Shown piece after piece: positions 9,236 to 17,517 of a DNA stretch of 64,000 nucleotides; the stretch's first letter is position 1; every line of letters begins with the position of its first letter. Source of the stretch: Tagaea sp. (GTDB lineage: Bacteria; Pseudomonadota; Alphaproteobacteria; CACIAM-22H2); contig CBDIIB010000002.1 in assembly GCA_965279525.1 (NCBI GenBank), forward strand, positions 352,001-416,000. The letters run 5' to 3'. Below the pieces are notes generated by a model, which was not told the DNA's origin, searched no databases, and worked only from the letters and a program-made list of their open reading frames with translations. The translations under genes and the position numbers were made by a program.

Positions 9236-10854
9236 TACAGCTCTAATATAGCCGCAACGTTCGTGGCGATGGTCTGCTCAAGCGTCCGCGCCTGAGCGTT
9301 GAGGGCTTCCAGTTCCTCGTTCAGCGTTTCGATCTGCGTCTTGAAGTCCTCGTCGCTTACCTCGTCGCCCGGAGCCACACCTACATAGCGGCCAGGGTTG
9401 AGCGACCAGCCTTGCGCCTCAATCTCCTCGAGCGTTGCCGCCTTGCACAGGCCGAGAATGTCGGCATAGGCAGCCTTCTTGCCGAACACTTCCTTCAGCT
9501 TGTTCGCGGTCTCTTCGCCGCCGACGGTCAGGTTCGGTGCTTCGCCGCGATAGAGGCGCACGAGGTTGGCGATGAAGCCTATCTGCGCGGGCGTCCAGTC
9601 GCGATGCGCGCGGTCCACCTGCCGGTAGATGTGGCGGGCGTCGATGAAGAGGACGGTGTCGGCGCGCTTGGTCTTGGCCCTGCCTCGGTCGAGGAACCAC
9701 AGCGTGCAGGGCAGCGTGACCGTGTAAAACATGTTGGGGCCGACGGCGACCATCACGTCCACCGCCCGAGCCTCGATCAGCTTCTGCCGCAGCTCCTGTT
9801 CGCTGGAGCGTGCGTCTGACGCCGAATTGGCCATGACGAAGCCGGCGCGGCCCTTGGTGTTGAGCGCCGAGTAGAAAAGCTGGATCCAGAGATAGTTCGC
9901 GTTGTCGGGCTTTGGCAGGCCGAACGGGAACCGGCGGCCGGCGCCGACCATGTCCTTGAGCCGTTCCTTGTCCACCGCGTTGACGTTGAAGGGCGGATTG
10001 GCGAGGACGAAGTCGAACTGGCCGGTGGCTGCGTGCGGGTCGTCGTAATAGCTGTTCACGTTGCCGCCGTGGCGGATGTCGCCCTCCAGCCCGTGTACGG
10101 CAAGGTTCAGGCGGCACAGGCGGCCGGTCTCGTCGGTCTTCTCCACACCGCAGATGGCGAGTTCGGCGGCAGGGTTCTTCTGGTGCTCGGCCACAAATCG
10201 GGCTGACTGAACAAACATGCCGCCGGACCCGCAGGCGGGGTCGAGGATGCGGCCATGGAATGGCTCGATGATTTCGGCCAGCAGCCGGACAATGCTGGAG
10301 GGTGTGTAAAACTCGCCGCCCTTCTGGCCCTCGGTGCGCGCGAACTCGCCCAGGAAGTATTCGTAGATGCGACCGAAGGCGTCGAAATCCACGCTGGCCG
10401 GGATTTCGGAAACCTTCTTGAGCAGTTCCTTGAGCAGCGTGCCGGTGAAGAGGTTGTACGTCTTGGGTAGCACGCCGGCGAGCTGGGGATTGTGCTTCTC
10501 GATCGCGCGCATGGCCGCGTTGACCTTGGCGCCGATATCGGCCGCCTCCGGCAGCTTCAACAGATAGTCGAACCGGGCCTCGGGGCCGAGATAGAGGATG
10601 CCTTCGGAATGGTAGGCGGCCGCCTCGTCGACCCGGCTTCCCCGGCGGGACGAGGTGCTGGCCTTCTCGAGCTTTGCGCGCTGGGCCGTAAAGCGGACCT
10701 CGGTAAAGCGCAGGAAGATCAGGCCGAGGATCGGTCCGGAATACTCCTGGGCCTTGAGGCCGGAATTGGCCCGGAACTGGTCGGCCGTGTCCCAGAGGCT
10801 CTTTTCGAGTGATGTACTGGCCGTGTCTTTTTCGGAAGTTGCGACCCAACGCAT
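9235..10854 (-). CDS. hsdM: Type I R-M N6-adenine methyltransferase
   Basis: [20 protein letters not shown]. Likely start MRWVATSEK at 10854. Confidence 0.96.
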   Translation of the reverse strand: MRWVATSEKDTASTSLEKSLWDTADQFRANSGLKAQEYSGPILGLIFLRFTEVRFTAQRAKLEKASTSSRRGSRVDEAAAYHSEGILYLGPEARFDYLLKLPEAADIGAKVNAAMRAIEKHNPQLAGVLPKTYNLFTGTLLKELLKKVSEIPASVDFDAFGRIYEYFLGEFARTEGQKGGEFYTPSSIVRLLAEIIEPFHGRILDPACGSGGMFVQSARFVAEHQKNPAAELAICGVEKTDETGRLCRLNLAVHGLEGDIRHGGNVNSYYDDPHAATGQFDFVLANPPFNVNAVDKERLKDMVGAGRRFPFGLPKPDNANYLWIQLFYSALNTKGRAGFVMANSASDARSSEQELRQKLIEARAVDVMVAVGPNMFYTVTLPCTLWFLDRGRAKTKRADTVLFIDARHIYRQVDRAHRDWTPAQIGFIANLVRLYRGEAPNLTVGGEETANKLKEVFGKKAAYADILGLCKAATLEEIEAQGWSLNPGRYVGVAPGDEVSDEDFKTQIETLNEELEALNAQARTLEQTIATNVAAILEL

Positions 10855-11148
10855 GCTCGGGGGGTTTCCTCTGGTTACAGCGGCCGTACTTGCCTCGGCA
10901 TCCGGCTTCGACCGCACCGGATTTGACCCTAACCCGACCCGATTTGGCAACCGCTGGTCGATTCACCGATCGGCAGCAATCGGGCCGGGCCAGGCACGGG
11001 TTCGGACCTGGCTCAGGTCTATCCCGCGTATACGCGTATACAGGTGCGGGCGCGCGAGCTTTGCCGGCTGTGTTGGCCACCGTCGCTATTCCGCGTTTGA
11101 CGGTCTGCGGCCGGCCTTCGGCGGCTAGCCTAAGCCCAAGCCAACGAT

Positions 11149-11251
11149 ATGCCGGCAGATTGCGGGTGAGATGCGGACGGGTTGCGGACGATTTGAGCGC
11201 GATCTGTATCCACGTTCCCGCTGGGGGCCGGTGCCACTTTGGTGCCAGTCT
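11149..11251. repeat. 11-bp-phased degenerate repeats (TGCGG-type, then GGTGCCA x2)
   Basis: TG at 11150, 11161, 11172, 11183, 11194 and 11205 (TGCGG at 11161/11172/11183); GGTGCCA at 11230 and 11241. Confidence 0.55.
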
Positions 11252-11506
11252 GAGGTCATTTGGCCGCTGCAGGCTTGATGCAAGTACGCTGCAATCCCTG
11301 CGACAGCCCACACTATGCCCGCAATGGCGGCCCGAAGTTCAGCAGGGTGGGGGAGACCCGCTGCCCGCTACCACCCCAGCCAAATCGATACCGACTCCAA
11401 GAAACGCGCCTAATCGCGTTTTCCACCCAGCACTCCGAGTAGCCACAATTTCCACTGGTAGGGTACTTCGAAGCGTAGGTTCAATTTCTACTCGGAGGAA
11501 CCGTCA

Positions 11507-12256
11507 ATGCGCCGTCTTTTTCTGGTCGCTGCCCTGCTGCTGTCCGGTTGCCAGACCGACAAGCTCGTGACGGCAGCGCCGTCAGGTGGAAATTCCGAAC
11601 TCGTCTCGCTCGGTCACCCCCTTGGGTCAGCCAAGGCGAAGGGCGTTGTTCTCTATCTTCACGGCTCAGTCGCGCGCGGACGGCACGGGCGGGACTATGA
11701 AGCCCCCCGTGTCGTTGAGGACTTCGGGGACGCATCCTTCGATGTCTACCAACTGCAACTCGCGGACATTCACAGTAACCGAGACGACAGGCTGCGGCTT
11801 ACGCACGACGCACTCAAGCAGATGCGGACCCTCGGCTATCGGTTCGTGGTCGTCGCCGGGCACTCTGCCGGCGGGACGATGGCCTTGCTCGCGGCCGGCC
11901 AGCTCGGCGGTGCGGACGCCGCCATCGTGTTCGCCCCCGGTTGGAACGCGCGGGAATCGCTCGATCGGCAGAGCGACATCATGCGGGCCCTCATCAGCGA
12001 GCTTCGCCCGAATATCCGCGTGGCCGCGTTCTACTTCACCGACGACGAGGTCATCACCCACTGGAAGGAAATAGCTACACTCGCGTCATCCGAGCTGGCG
12101 AAGCGCAATCAGCCCTCGTTCGTCATCATCCCCCAGATGCAGAACACCAAGGGACATGGCGGAATTTCCAGTTACGGCTTCGCGGACCGCTATTCCAAGT
12201 GCCTTGTGGAGTTCGTCACCGCGCCGGTCGCCAATCCGAACGTCTGCGCCGACTGA
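11507..12256 (+). CDS. Lipoprotein alpha/beta hydrolase
   Basis: Lipobox LLLSGC; YLHG; GHSAGG nucleophile elbow; late GHG; GGAGG RBS. Confidence 0.85.
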   Translation: MRRLFLVAALLLSGCQTDKLVTAAPSGGNSELVSLGHPLGSAKAKGVVLYLHGSVARGRHGRDYEAPRVVEDFGDASFDVYQLQLADIHSNRDDRLRLTHDALKQMRTLGYRFVVVAGHSAGGTMALLAAGQLGGADAAIVFAPGWNARESLDRQSDIMRALISELRPNIRVAAFYFTDDEVITHWKEIATLASSELAKRNQPSFVIIPQMQNTKGHGGISSYGFADRYSKCLVEFVTAPVANPNVCAD

Positions 12257-12367
12257 ACTTCGTTGCCGAACGTCCGTCCGAGCTTAACAAAGGTGTTGGT
12301 TCTCGGTTCGTAAAAGTTTCCGCGCCATAGCCTTCCAAGTCGTTCTAATCACTTAATACAGGTTCAT

Positions 12368-12433
12368 TTTGACGGAGCTTTGCGGCAGCTTTGCCGGAGG
12401 TTTGGCCAGCTTTTGACGTGGGTTTGCCGACCG
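12368..12433. repeat. Six 11-bp-period TTTG-N7 repeats
   Basis: TTTG at 12368, 12379, 12390, 12401, 12412 and 12423. Confidence 0.8.
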
Positions 12434-13117
12434 TTACTCCAATTGCATTGTTGAGTTCCTCATCCGCGGCGGCGGCCAGTCCGTGCGTCTGCGCGGACTA
12501 GCCGCCTATGCGTGCGCGTGTATACGCACAACCTTCATGACGGCCTAAGTACTGCTCTCAATTCGCCTGCGTTCAAGCCGTAGAAGGCCGGAACTTCAGA
12601 CGGTCCCGCATTTGAATTGGCGGAGTTAGGAAACGTACCAATCGCATTCTGGTAGCGACCAACTATCGTCTGGTGAGAAGCGGGATGAATCCCGAGATCC
12701 AAGTGCTGTTAACGTGAAGCGATGCCGATGCCCTGCCAAAACATGCCGGCCCAGGTCGAAAGACAGGCGCTAGATGGGGTAGCCGGGCCTTTCCTTGAGC
12801 CCCCTAGCCAAATTCGAAACCGACTCACAGAATCGCGTCTAATGGACTCGGCCAGATTGATATCGATCCGAGCCATAGCGCGACAATGAAGAGGAAATCG
12901 AGACCCACGGCCATTGCATGCCGTTTGTGGGCTGTAGAGCATTGAGCGGGATATCGCGGAACCGGCATGCTTGGCCTCAGTCACGTCGACAGTCAAAACC
13001 CGCGCCGACTCTGAGGGGCTGATTTCAGGTCAACTTCCGTAGCTTTGCTTCTCAGCATCTCAATCCCCCTCACATGGGGAGTAAAGGCGGTTCTTATCCG
13101 GACCACTACGCGGCATT

Positions 13118-13615
13118 TTAGACCCCTGACGGGTGCTCCAGCGGACCACAAAGCATTCCAGAGGTCCGGTCGGGAACCGCAACGGGCTTCCTGTGGTCCG
13201 CCTCAGAACCGCGCGGCTTCCCTGCCGAGGTCTTCGGCGTCCAGCGCAGCCAGTCGCGGGTGGCCGGCTGGCCAATGTGTACCCGGTCCGTCACGCGCCA
13301 AGTCGCCGCCATTCGGCCGCACCACCGGCCGCGATGGGTAAGCACGAGGAACCCCTTCTCCGACAACTCCTCAAAAGCCCGCTTCGCAGTTGCCTTGCCG
13401 ATGTGCAGCAAGCGCGCTGCCTCATCGAGCGACAGCGACAGATCCCCATTGTTACTTCCGTTGTAGCGACACCTCAGCTCGCAATAGACCTTGAGCGCCG
13501 GGCCGCTCAGGCTGCGCCAAGCCGGCGACCTCGCGACCGAGTACGCGAGGGGATAGTACTGTTCCGGTCCATCGTTCCGCCCCGTCGCATTTGACCTACG
13601 CCTACCCCGAGCCAC
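13118..13615 (-). CDS. Winged-HTH protein, putative replication initiator
   Basis: SPAWRSLSGPALKVY..L..RYNGSNNGDLSLS...IGKATAKRAFEEL..KGFL. GTG start overlaps the PC4 stop (TAGTG). Confidence 0.7.
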   Translation of the reverse strand: MARGRRRSNATGRNDGPEQYYPLAYSVARSPAWRSLSGPALKVYCELRCRYNGSNNGDLSLSLDEAARLLHIGKATAKRAFEELSEKGFLVLTHRGRWCGRMAATWRVTDRVHIGQPATRDWLRWTPKTSAGKPRGSEADHRKPVAVPDRTSGMLCGPLEHPSGV

Positions 13616-13872
13616 TACGACGCCTCCGCTGCATCGTCCGCACCGATCAGGCCGGCTTTCCGAGCGGCAGCCTCGATGGTGCGGAGCGATTTCACGAGCG
13701 TCGGAAGATCCTTCAACTCGATTCGCACCCCCATGCGTGTCGGCCCCCATCCTCCATCCGGCAAATAGGGCGCGTGCTTGCGGAGATCGATCGACCGCTT
13801 CTTGCCAAAATCGGTGAACGACACGACAACACGCTCCCGCGGCGACTTTTGGATGGTCAGGAGGGTCTTCAT
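13615..13872 (-). CDS. PC4/p15 (PdbC-like) ssDNA-binding protein
   Basis: IQKSPRERVVVS..FGKKRSIDLRK...WGPTRMGV.I..KDLP; ATGA-coupled to the upstream gene. Confidence 0.8.
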   Translation of the reverse strand: MKTLLTIQKSPRERVVVSFTDFGKKRSIDLRKHAPYLPDGGWGPTRMGVRIELKDLPTLVKSLRTIEAAARKAGLIGADDAAEAS

Positions 13873-14168
13873 GCCGCCACCTGCATCGGTTCGCCCAGAA
13901 GGCGGACGTGGGACCGGAGGACGTACCGGGCGTGCCGGCCCGCGAATTGCCCTCCGTGGCTTTCGTGAATAGTTTCGATCATCAGGCCCGCCTTGCGCAG
14001 GTTGTAGACGTAGCCGGACCAACGGGGCCCCACGTGGGTCAAAGGCGTGCAGCCTTCGGCGCCAGCGCGGTGCAGTTCGAGGAGCGCCCAGGCATCGCGG
14101 CCCTTGAGGGTCACGATGCTCGGCGCTTCGGGGTTGTCGAGGATTTCCACCTCGAGATAGAGACGCAT
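13869..14168 (-). CDS. Winged-helix domain protein
   Basis: GRDAWAL..L..AG..GCTP...GPRWSGYV..LRK.G..IET..E.HGG.FAG.HARY; typical of alphaproteobacterial islands. Confidence 0.75.
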   Translation of the reverse strand: MRLYLEVEILDNPEAPSIVTLKGRDAWALLELHRAGAEGCTPLTHVGPRWSGYVYNLRKAGLMIETIHESHGGQFAGRHARYVLRSHVRLLGEPMQVAA

Positions 14169-14173
14169 CCGGA

Positions 14174-14362
14174 TCAAAGGACACCTCCCACGCCAAAGGC
14201 CAACTCGGAGACGGTACGGGCCGTGGCGGGAGCCATCCGGAACCGCTGGGTGAGGCGCTTCGCAGACAGGGGAAGCTCGGCGCGCTGGCGACGGTCGGCC
14301 CAGTCGAACAACGGGCCATGGGAGTAAGCGGCATTGCACGCCGCAGCGGGGTTCGGGTACAT
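14174..14362 (-). CDS. Small hypothetical protein of the island core
   Basis: 62 aa (..PLFDWA..AKRLTQRFRM.PATARTVSELA) in a tight operon with its neighbours. Confidence 0.6.
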   Translation of the reverse strand: MYPNPAAACNAAYSHGPLFDWADRRQRAELPLSAKRLTQRFRMAPATARTVSELAFGVGGVL

Positions 14363-14449
14363 TGGGATAATTCCTTTTCGAACGGGGAATTGCATCTGAC
14401 GAAATCGAGCCCGGCAGGCGCCTCCAGCGCTTGTCGGGCTTTTCGTTGG

Positions 14450-14650
14450 CTACGCGGCGAGCGGGGCCCTCGGCTGACGCTCAATGAAAGCGTCGATCGA
14501 GCGGCGCAGCACGAGCCGCCGCTTGCCGACCTTCACCGCTTCGATTTCGCCGGCACCCATCAGCGAGTACAGCCGGGTGCGGGACAGGCCTGAGTAAGCA
14601 ACAGCAGTGGGCATCTGCATCGCGGTCGGATCGATTTTGGCGGGAGCCAT
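14450..14650 (-). CDS. Excisionase/AlpA-like HTH protein
   Basis: AVAYSGLSRTRLYSLM..GEI.AVKVGKRRLV.R.SID; AT-rich upstream region at about 14730-14830. Confidence 0.85.
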   Translation of the reverse strand: MAPAKIDPTAMQMPTAVAYSGLSRTRLYSLMGAGEIEAVKVGKRRLVLRRSIDAFIERQPRAPLAA

Positions 14651-14848
14651 ATTGACTGTCCTTCCAAGTTGCGGCCGTGATTGGCCGGGAAGGGACGATG
14701 CAGAGCGTTGGCCTGATCTGCCAATCACTTAGCCGAATATGAAATCCTATAAGTATTTGAAAATAATATAGTATTTGCTATTATTTTTGAATAATACAAT
14801 TTATAACTATATCAATAAGATGTCACACTTTCAGATATCTTGCCTACG

Positions 14849-15559
14849 TCACGCGTCTCGAAGCTGCGAAATCAGTAGCTTCAGTTTCGACGAGGAAATG
14901 GGCGGTACGAGGCATTCTCCAAATGTGAAAAGTAGGAGATTGAAAAGGCTTCTGTCGTGGCTATCTGGGCTGGAGCAAAGCGGATCCATTCCGGTCACGC
15001 TCTGAAAATGTTTGGAAAATGCGAACACAAACTGCCTTGCAACATCATCAGGTGCAAATCTGCCCCGCGAATCGTTTGTCAGTCGAGCACCCCGTTTCAG
15101 GACATCGTTTAATAGATGATGAATGTTTTTGAGTACTTGACGGCTCGGAGGACTAGTGAGCAGCGAATTTTTGACTGCTTCAAATTCAAAATCCTCGCCT
15201 GTGTTCGTGATTGCAAACACGCAAAATGGGTCGATATCCTTTCGGTTTAGCCACGCTCTAAGCAAATACAATCCGATCCGCCCTTCAGCCGTAGCAGGGC
15301 GAGCTCGAACCAACGCCACGTACTTGCGAAGCTCGGAGAGCTGGCGTGCGGCCCGGGATTTCCTGCCGATGAGAAGAGTCGGTGATTTTCGCCGTTCGTA
15401 GATTCGTCCGAGCTCAAATAGCGAGCTTGCAAGGTGCCGCCGCTTATATTTTGAGAGCTTCCGGAACGATGCGCCTACACTGAGGTCTTCCTCCAGCAGA
15501 AGGAGGATATCAGCCGAACCCGCGGCTTCGATTTCACAGAGCTCGCGATAGACTTTCAC
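14849..15559 (-). CDS. Hypothetical protein
   Basis: 236-aa low-GC ORF between the integrase and the xis-like gene. Confidence 0.6.
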   Translation of the reverse strand: MKVYRELCEIEAAGSADILLLLEEDLSVGASFRKLSKYKRRHLASSLFELGRIYERRKSPTLLIGRKSRAARQLSELRKYVALVRARPATAEGRIGLYLLRAWLNRKDIDPFCVFAITNTGEDFEFEAVKNSLLTSPPSRQVLKNIHHLLNDVLKRGARLTNDSRGRFAPDDVARQFVFAFSKHFQSVTGMDPLCSSPDSHDRSLFNLLLFTFGECLVPPISSSKLKLLISQLRDA

Positions 15560-15591
15560 TATTCGTACATCCGCTGGCGCTCCGCATGGTG

Positions 15592-15645
15592 CGATGGGGA
15601 AGTGCGTGCGGTACGCGCTTATCGGGCGGCCGCCCTATCCCCTCG
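15592..15645 (-). ncRNA. Putative structured RNA (three-way junction)
   Basis: Minus strand GGGGA-TA-GGGC(GGCC)GCCC-GATAA-GCGCGT(ACCGC)ACGCAC-T-TCCCC; folded by eye only. Confidence 0.35.
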
Positions 15646-15676
15646 AACTAGTTGCTATCGGCATTTCAAGGTCTAC

Positions 15677-15874
15677 TTAAGCCCTCGAGCGTGCCGTTAG
15701 CGTTTCATCGATCACCTTCGCGACGGTGTAATAGGCGGCATTCATACGCTCGCGATCGACGCGAACGCTGGCCTTATCGATTTCCTTGAATAGAAGGCCG
15801 GTTGCGTTCAATTGAGCGAGCATTGCTGCTCCGACTGTTCGACAATCAACCGCGCTGTGTGCTTCGCTGCTCAT
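15677..15874 (-). CDS. Small hypothetical protein coupled to the integrase
   Basis: ATGA overlap with the integrase stop; 65 aa. Confidence 0.45.
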   Translation of the reverse strand: MSSEAHSAVDCRTVGAAMLAQLNATGLLFKEIDKASVRVDRERMNAAYYTVAKVIDETLTARSRA

Positions 15875-17238
15875 CGCTCATTCCTTATCTTTACGACTTT
15901 CGCGGAGCCGCCGTGCGCGGGCTGCTTAGTGCGCGCATCGTTGATCGATGCGACATTGCCAGTCTGAATGTCTTCCAAGCCCATCGAGCCGAAAGCCGCG
16001 CGGACGGTATCGGCAACATAGCCAGGCGATAGGTGCGCGTAGTGGCGCGCCGTAATCCGGAGGTCTGCGTGCCCAAGCTGGGCGGCAATCACCGCCATGG
16101 GGACGCCGGCCCGTACCAGGCGCGAAGCATAGCTGTGCCTGAGCACATGGAAGCTGACGGAGGGTGATATTTTCGCGACTTTGCTGGCTGCGCGTAGAGG
16201 ACGGGCTTGATCGGTTGGGTTCCAGCGTTGGCCGTTGGTACGAAGGAAAACTAGTGCGGTGGGTGCCTTGCCTGTGACAACACGAGTCAGAAAGGCTCTG
16301 CCTTCGTCGGTCAGGACGATATGGCGAGGCTTGCCACTTTTTGAAACTGGAACATTGAGCGATCCGGTTTCCTGATCGAAATCCCCGGCGCGCATACGGA
16401 CGAGTTCGCCAAACCGGCAACCTGTGAGCAGCGCGGCAGTTATCATCCGGCGCATGTCGGGCGCCGCTGCATTGGCCAAGAGTTGGGCCTCAGCATCGGA
16501 CAGATAGCGCACTCGAGGCTCATCAACGTTCTTGAATGGCTTAATGCCTATCCATGCGGCGTTGGTCGATACCCGTCGCTGTTGCAGGGCTAGATTGAGG
16601 GCGGCACGAAGGAACGTGAAAATCCGGTTGGCCGTGGCGCGACGCTTTCGAAGCTGCTCAGCATTGCCCTTCGCGAGCTTTTCGAACCGTGGGGCGGCGC
16701 CGGGCTTAGTCCGAAAGCGCCGGCCAGTCTCGGCGAGGCCGTCTCGGAACTGCTTCACATGAGCGTGGGTCAGCTTCGAGAGCAGGATTTGGCCAACCAC
16801 CGGGCGGATCAATGTCTCTATTGCCCGCCGCGCTGCCCGTTCGGCCTTTCCGCCTTCGGTCACGTAGTGGGACAGGTAAGCATCGAGCGCGTCGTTGACG
16901 CTGTAGGGGAGGCTAGCATCGACCCCGCCTATCGCTGCAATGCTGGCCTCCCGAGCCCATTTGCGGGCCGCTCCTTGCGCTTGAGTAAAGCTCAGCACCC
17001 TAACCCCGTCCGCGTCCCCAGCATCGTCTGCGAGGCCGAGCTTGCTTTCGATGTATTTTGAGCCAGGCCCGACGTCGTCCTTGCGCCGTCGCGCCACCCA
17101 CACACCGGAAGGTCGATGCCGGCGATAGCCTAGGTGAAGCCCTTGCTCAAGCAGCCGCCAATAGGGCTCGGGACGTGCCTTGAGCCTGTCTCGTGCGGTT
17201 CGAGTATCGAGCGTCGTGTCTTTGACTTTTCGAGGCAC
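15871..17238 (-). CDS. int: Tyrosine integrase (island 1)
   Basis: TGCRFGE, SKSGK, FHVLRH, LGHA, RHY catalytic set; N-terminal arm-binding region; adjacent to att. Confidence 0.96.
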   Translation of the reverse strand: MPRKVKDTTLDTRTARDRLKARPEPYWRLLEQGLHLGYRRHRPSGVWVARRRKDDVGPGSKYIESKLGLADDAGDADGVRVLSFTQAQGAARKWAREASIAAIGGVDASLPYSVNDALDAYLSHYVTEGGKAERAARRAIETLIRPVVGQILLSKLTHAHVKQFRDGLAETGRRFRTKPGAAPRFEKLAKGNAEQLRKRRATANRIFTFLRAALNLALQQRRVSTNAAWIGIKPFKNVDEPRVRYLSDAEAQLLANAAAPDMRRMITAALLTGCRFGELVRMRAGDFDQETGSLNVPVSKSGKPRHIVLTDEGRAFLTRVVTGKAPTALVFLRTNGQRWNPTDQARPLRAASKVAKISPSVSFHVLRHSYASRLVRAGVPMAVIAAQLGHADLRITARHYAHLSPGYVADTVRAAFGSMGLEDIQTGNVASINDARTKQPAHGGSAKVVKIRNER

Positions 17239-17380
17239 CGAGCCCTCAAAATGACTTGGCTACAATATGGCTACTATACGGGTTGGAACGATGCTGAACA
17301 AGGTTGAACAGGAAGTAACGATATATGCTGAATTATTTGAGTTTCTCTGAGTTCCGGGTTGTCCAGAAATCTATTGTTCC

Positions 17381-17428
17381 CACCCTCTCACGGTGCAGAC
17401 CGGGGTTCGAATCCCCGTGGGGACGCCA
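17381..17428 (+). other. attR of island 1: 3' portion of tRNA-Glu(CTC)
   Basis: CACC-CTCTCAC-GGTG anticodon arm, GGGG-TTCGAAT-CCCC T-arm, GTGGGGACG-CCA. No acceptor 5' strand or D-arm upstream. Confidence 0.9.
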
Positions 17429-17517
17429 GCGAATTATTATTATTATATTTCAATTATTTATAAGAAAAATTCGCAGCAGTTCCACCAATGATTTCCACCC
17501 ATGTCATTCGCGAGACT

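Larger units (their letters stand above)
1..17428. mobile_element. Genomic island 1 integrated at tRNA-Glu(CTC); left end outside window
   Basis: Ends at the tRNA-Glu 3' fragment (17381-17428) next to a tyrosine integrase. Contains xis-like, PC4-like and HTH genes, R-M cargo and visibly lower-GC patches. Confidence 0.85.

Noticed and set aside
9419-11311. 630-aa ORF overlapping hsdM
   Set aside because: An Arg/Pro-rich alternative frame of hsdM plus intergenic DNA.
12368-12433. CRISPR array or coding repeat
   Set aside because: 11-bp period with a 4-bp conserved core, no spacers and no cas genes; no CRISPR-like array seen in the window.
12709-12996. 95-aa ORF downstream of the Rep-like gene
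   Set aside because: No recognisable motif or clear RBS; could be a decayed gene but is unsupported.
17353-17428. Complete tRNA-Glu gene
   Set aside because: Only the anticodon arm to CCA is present; there is no GTCCCC 5' strand or D-arm upstream, so it is an att remnant.
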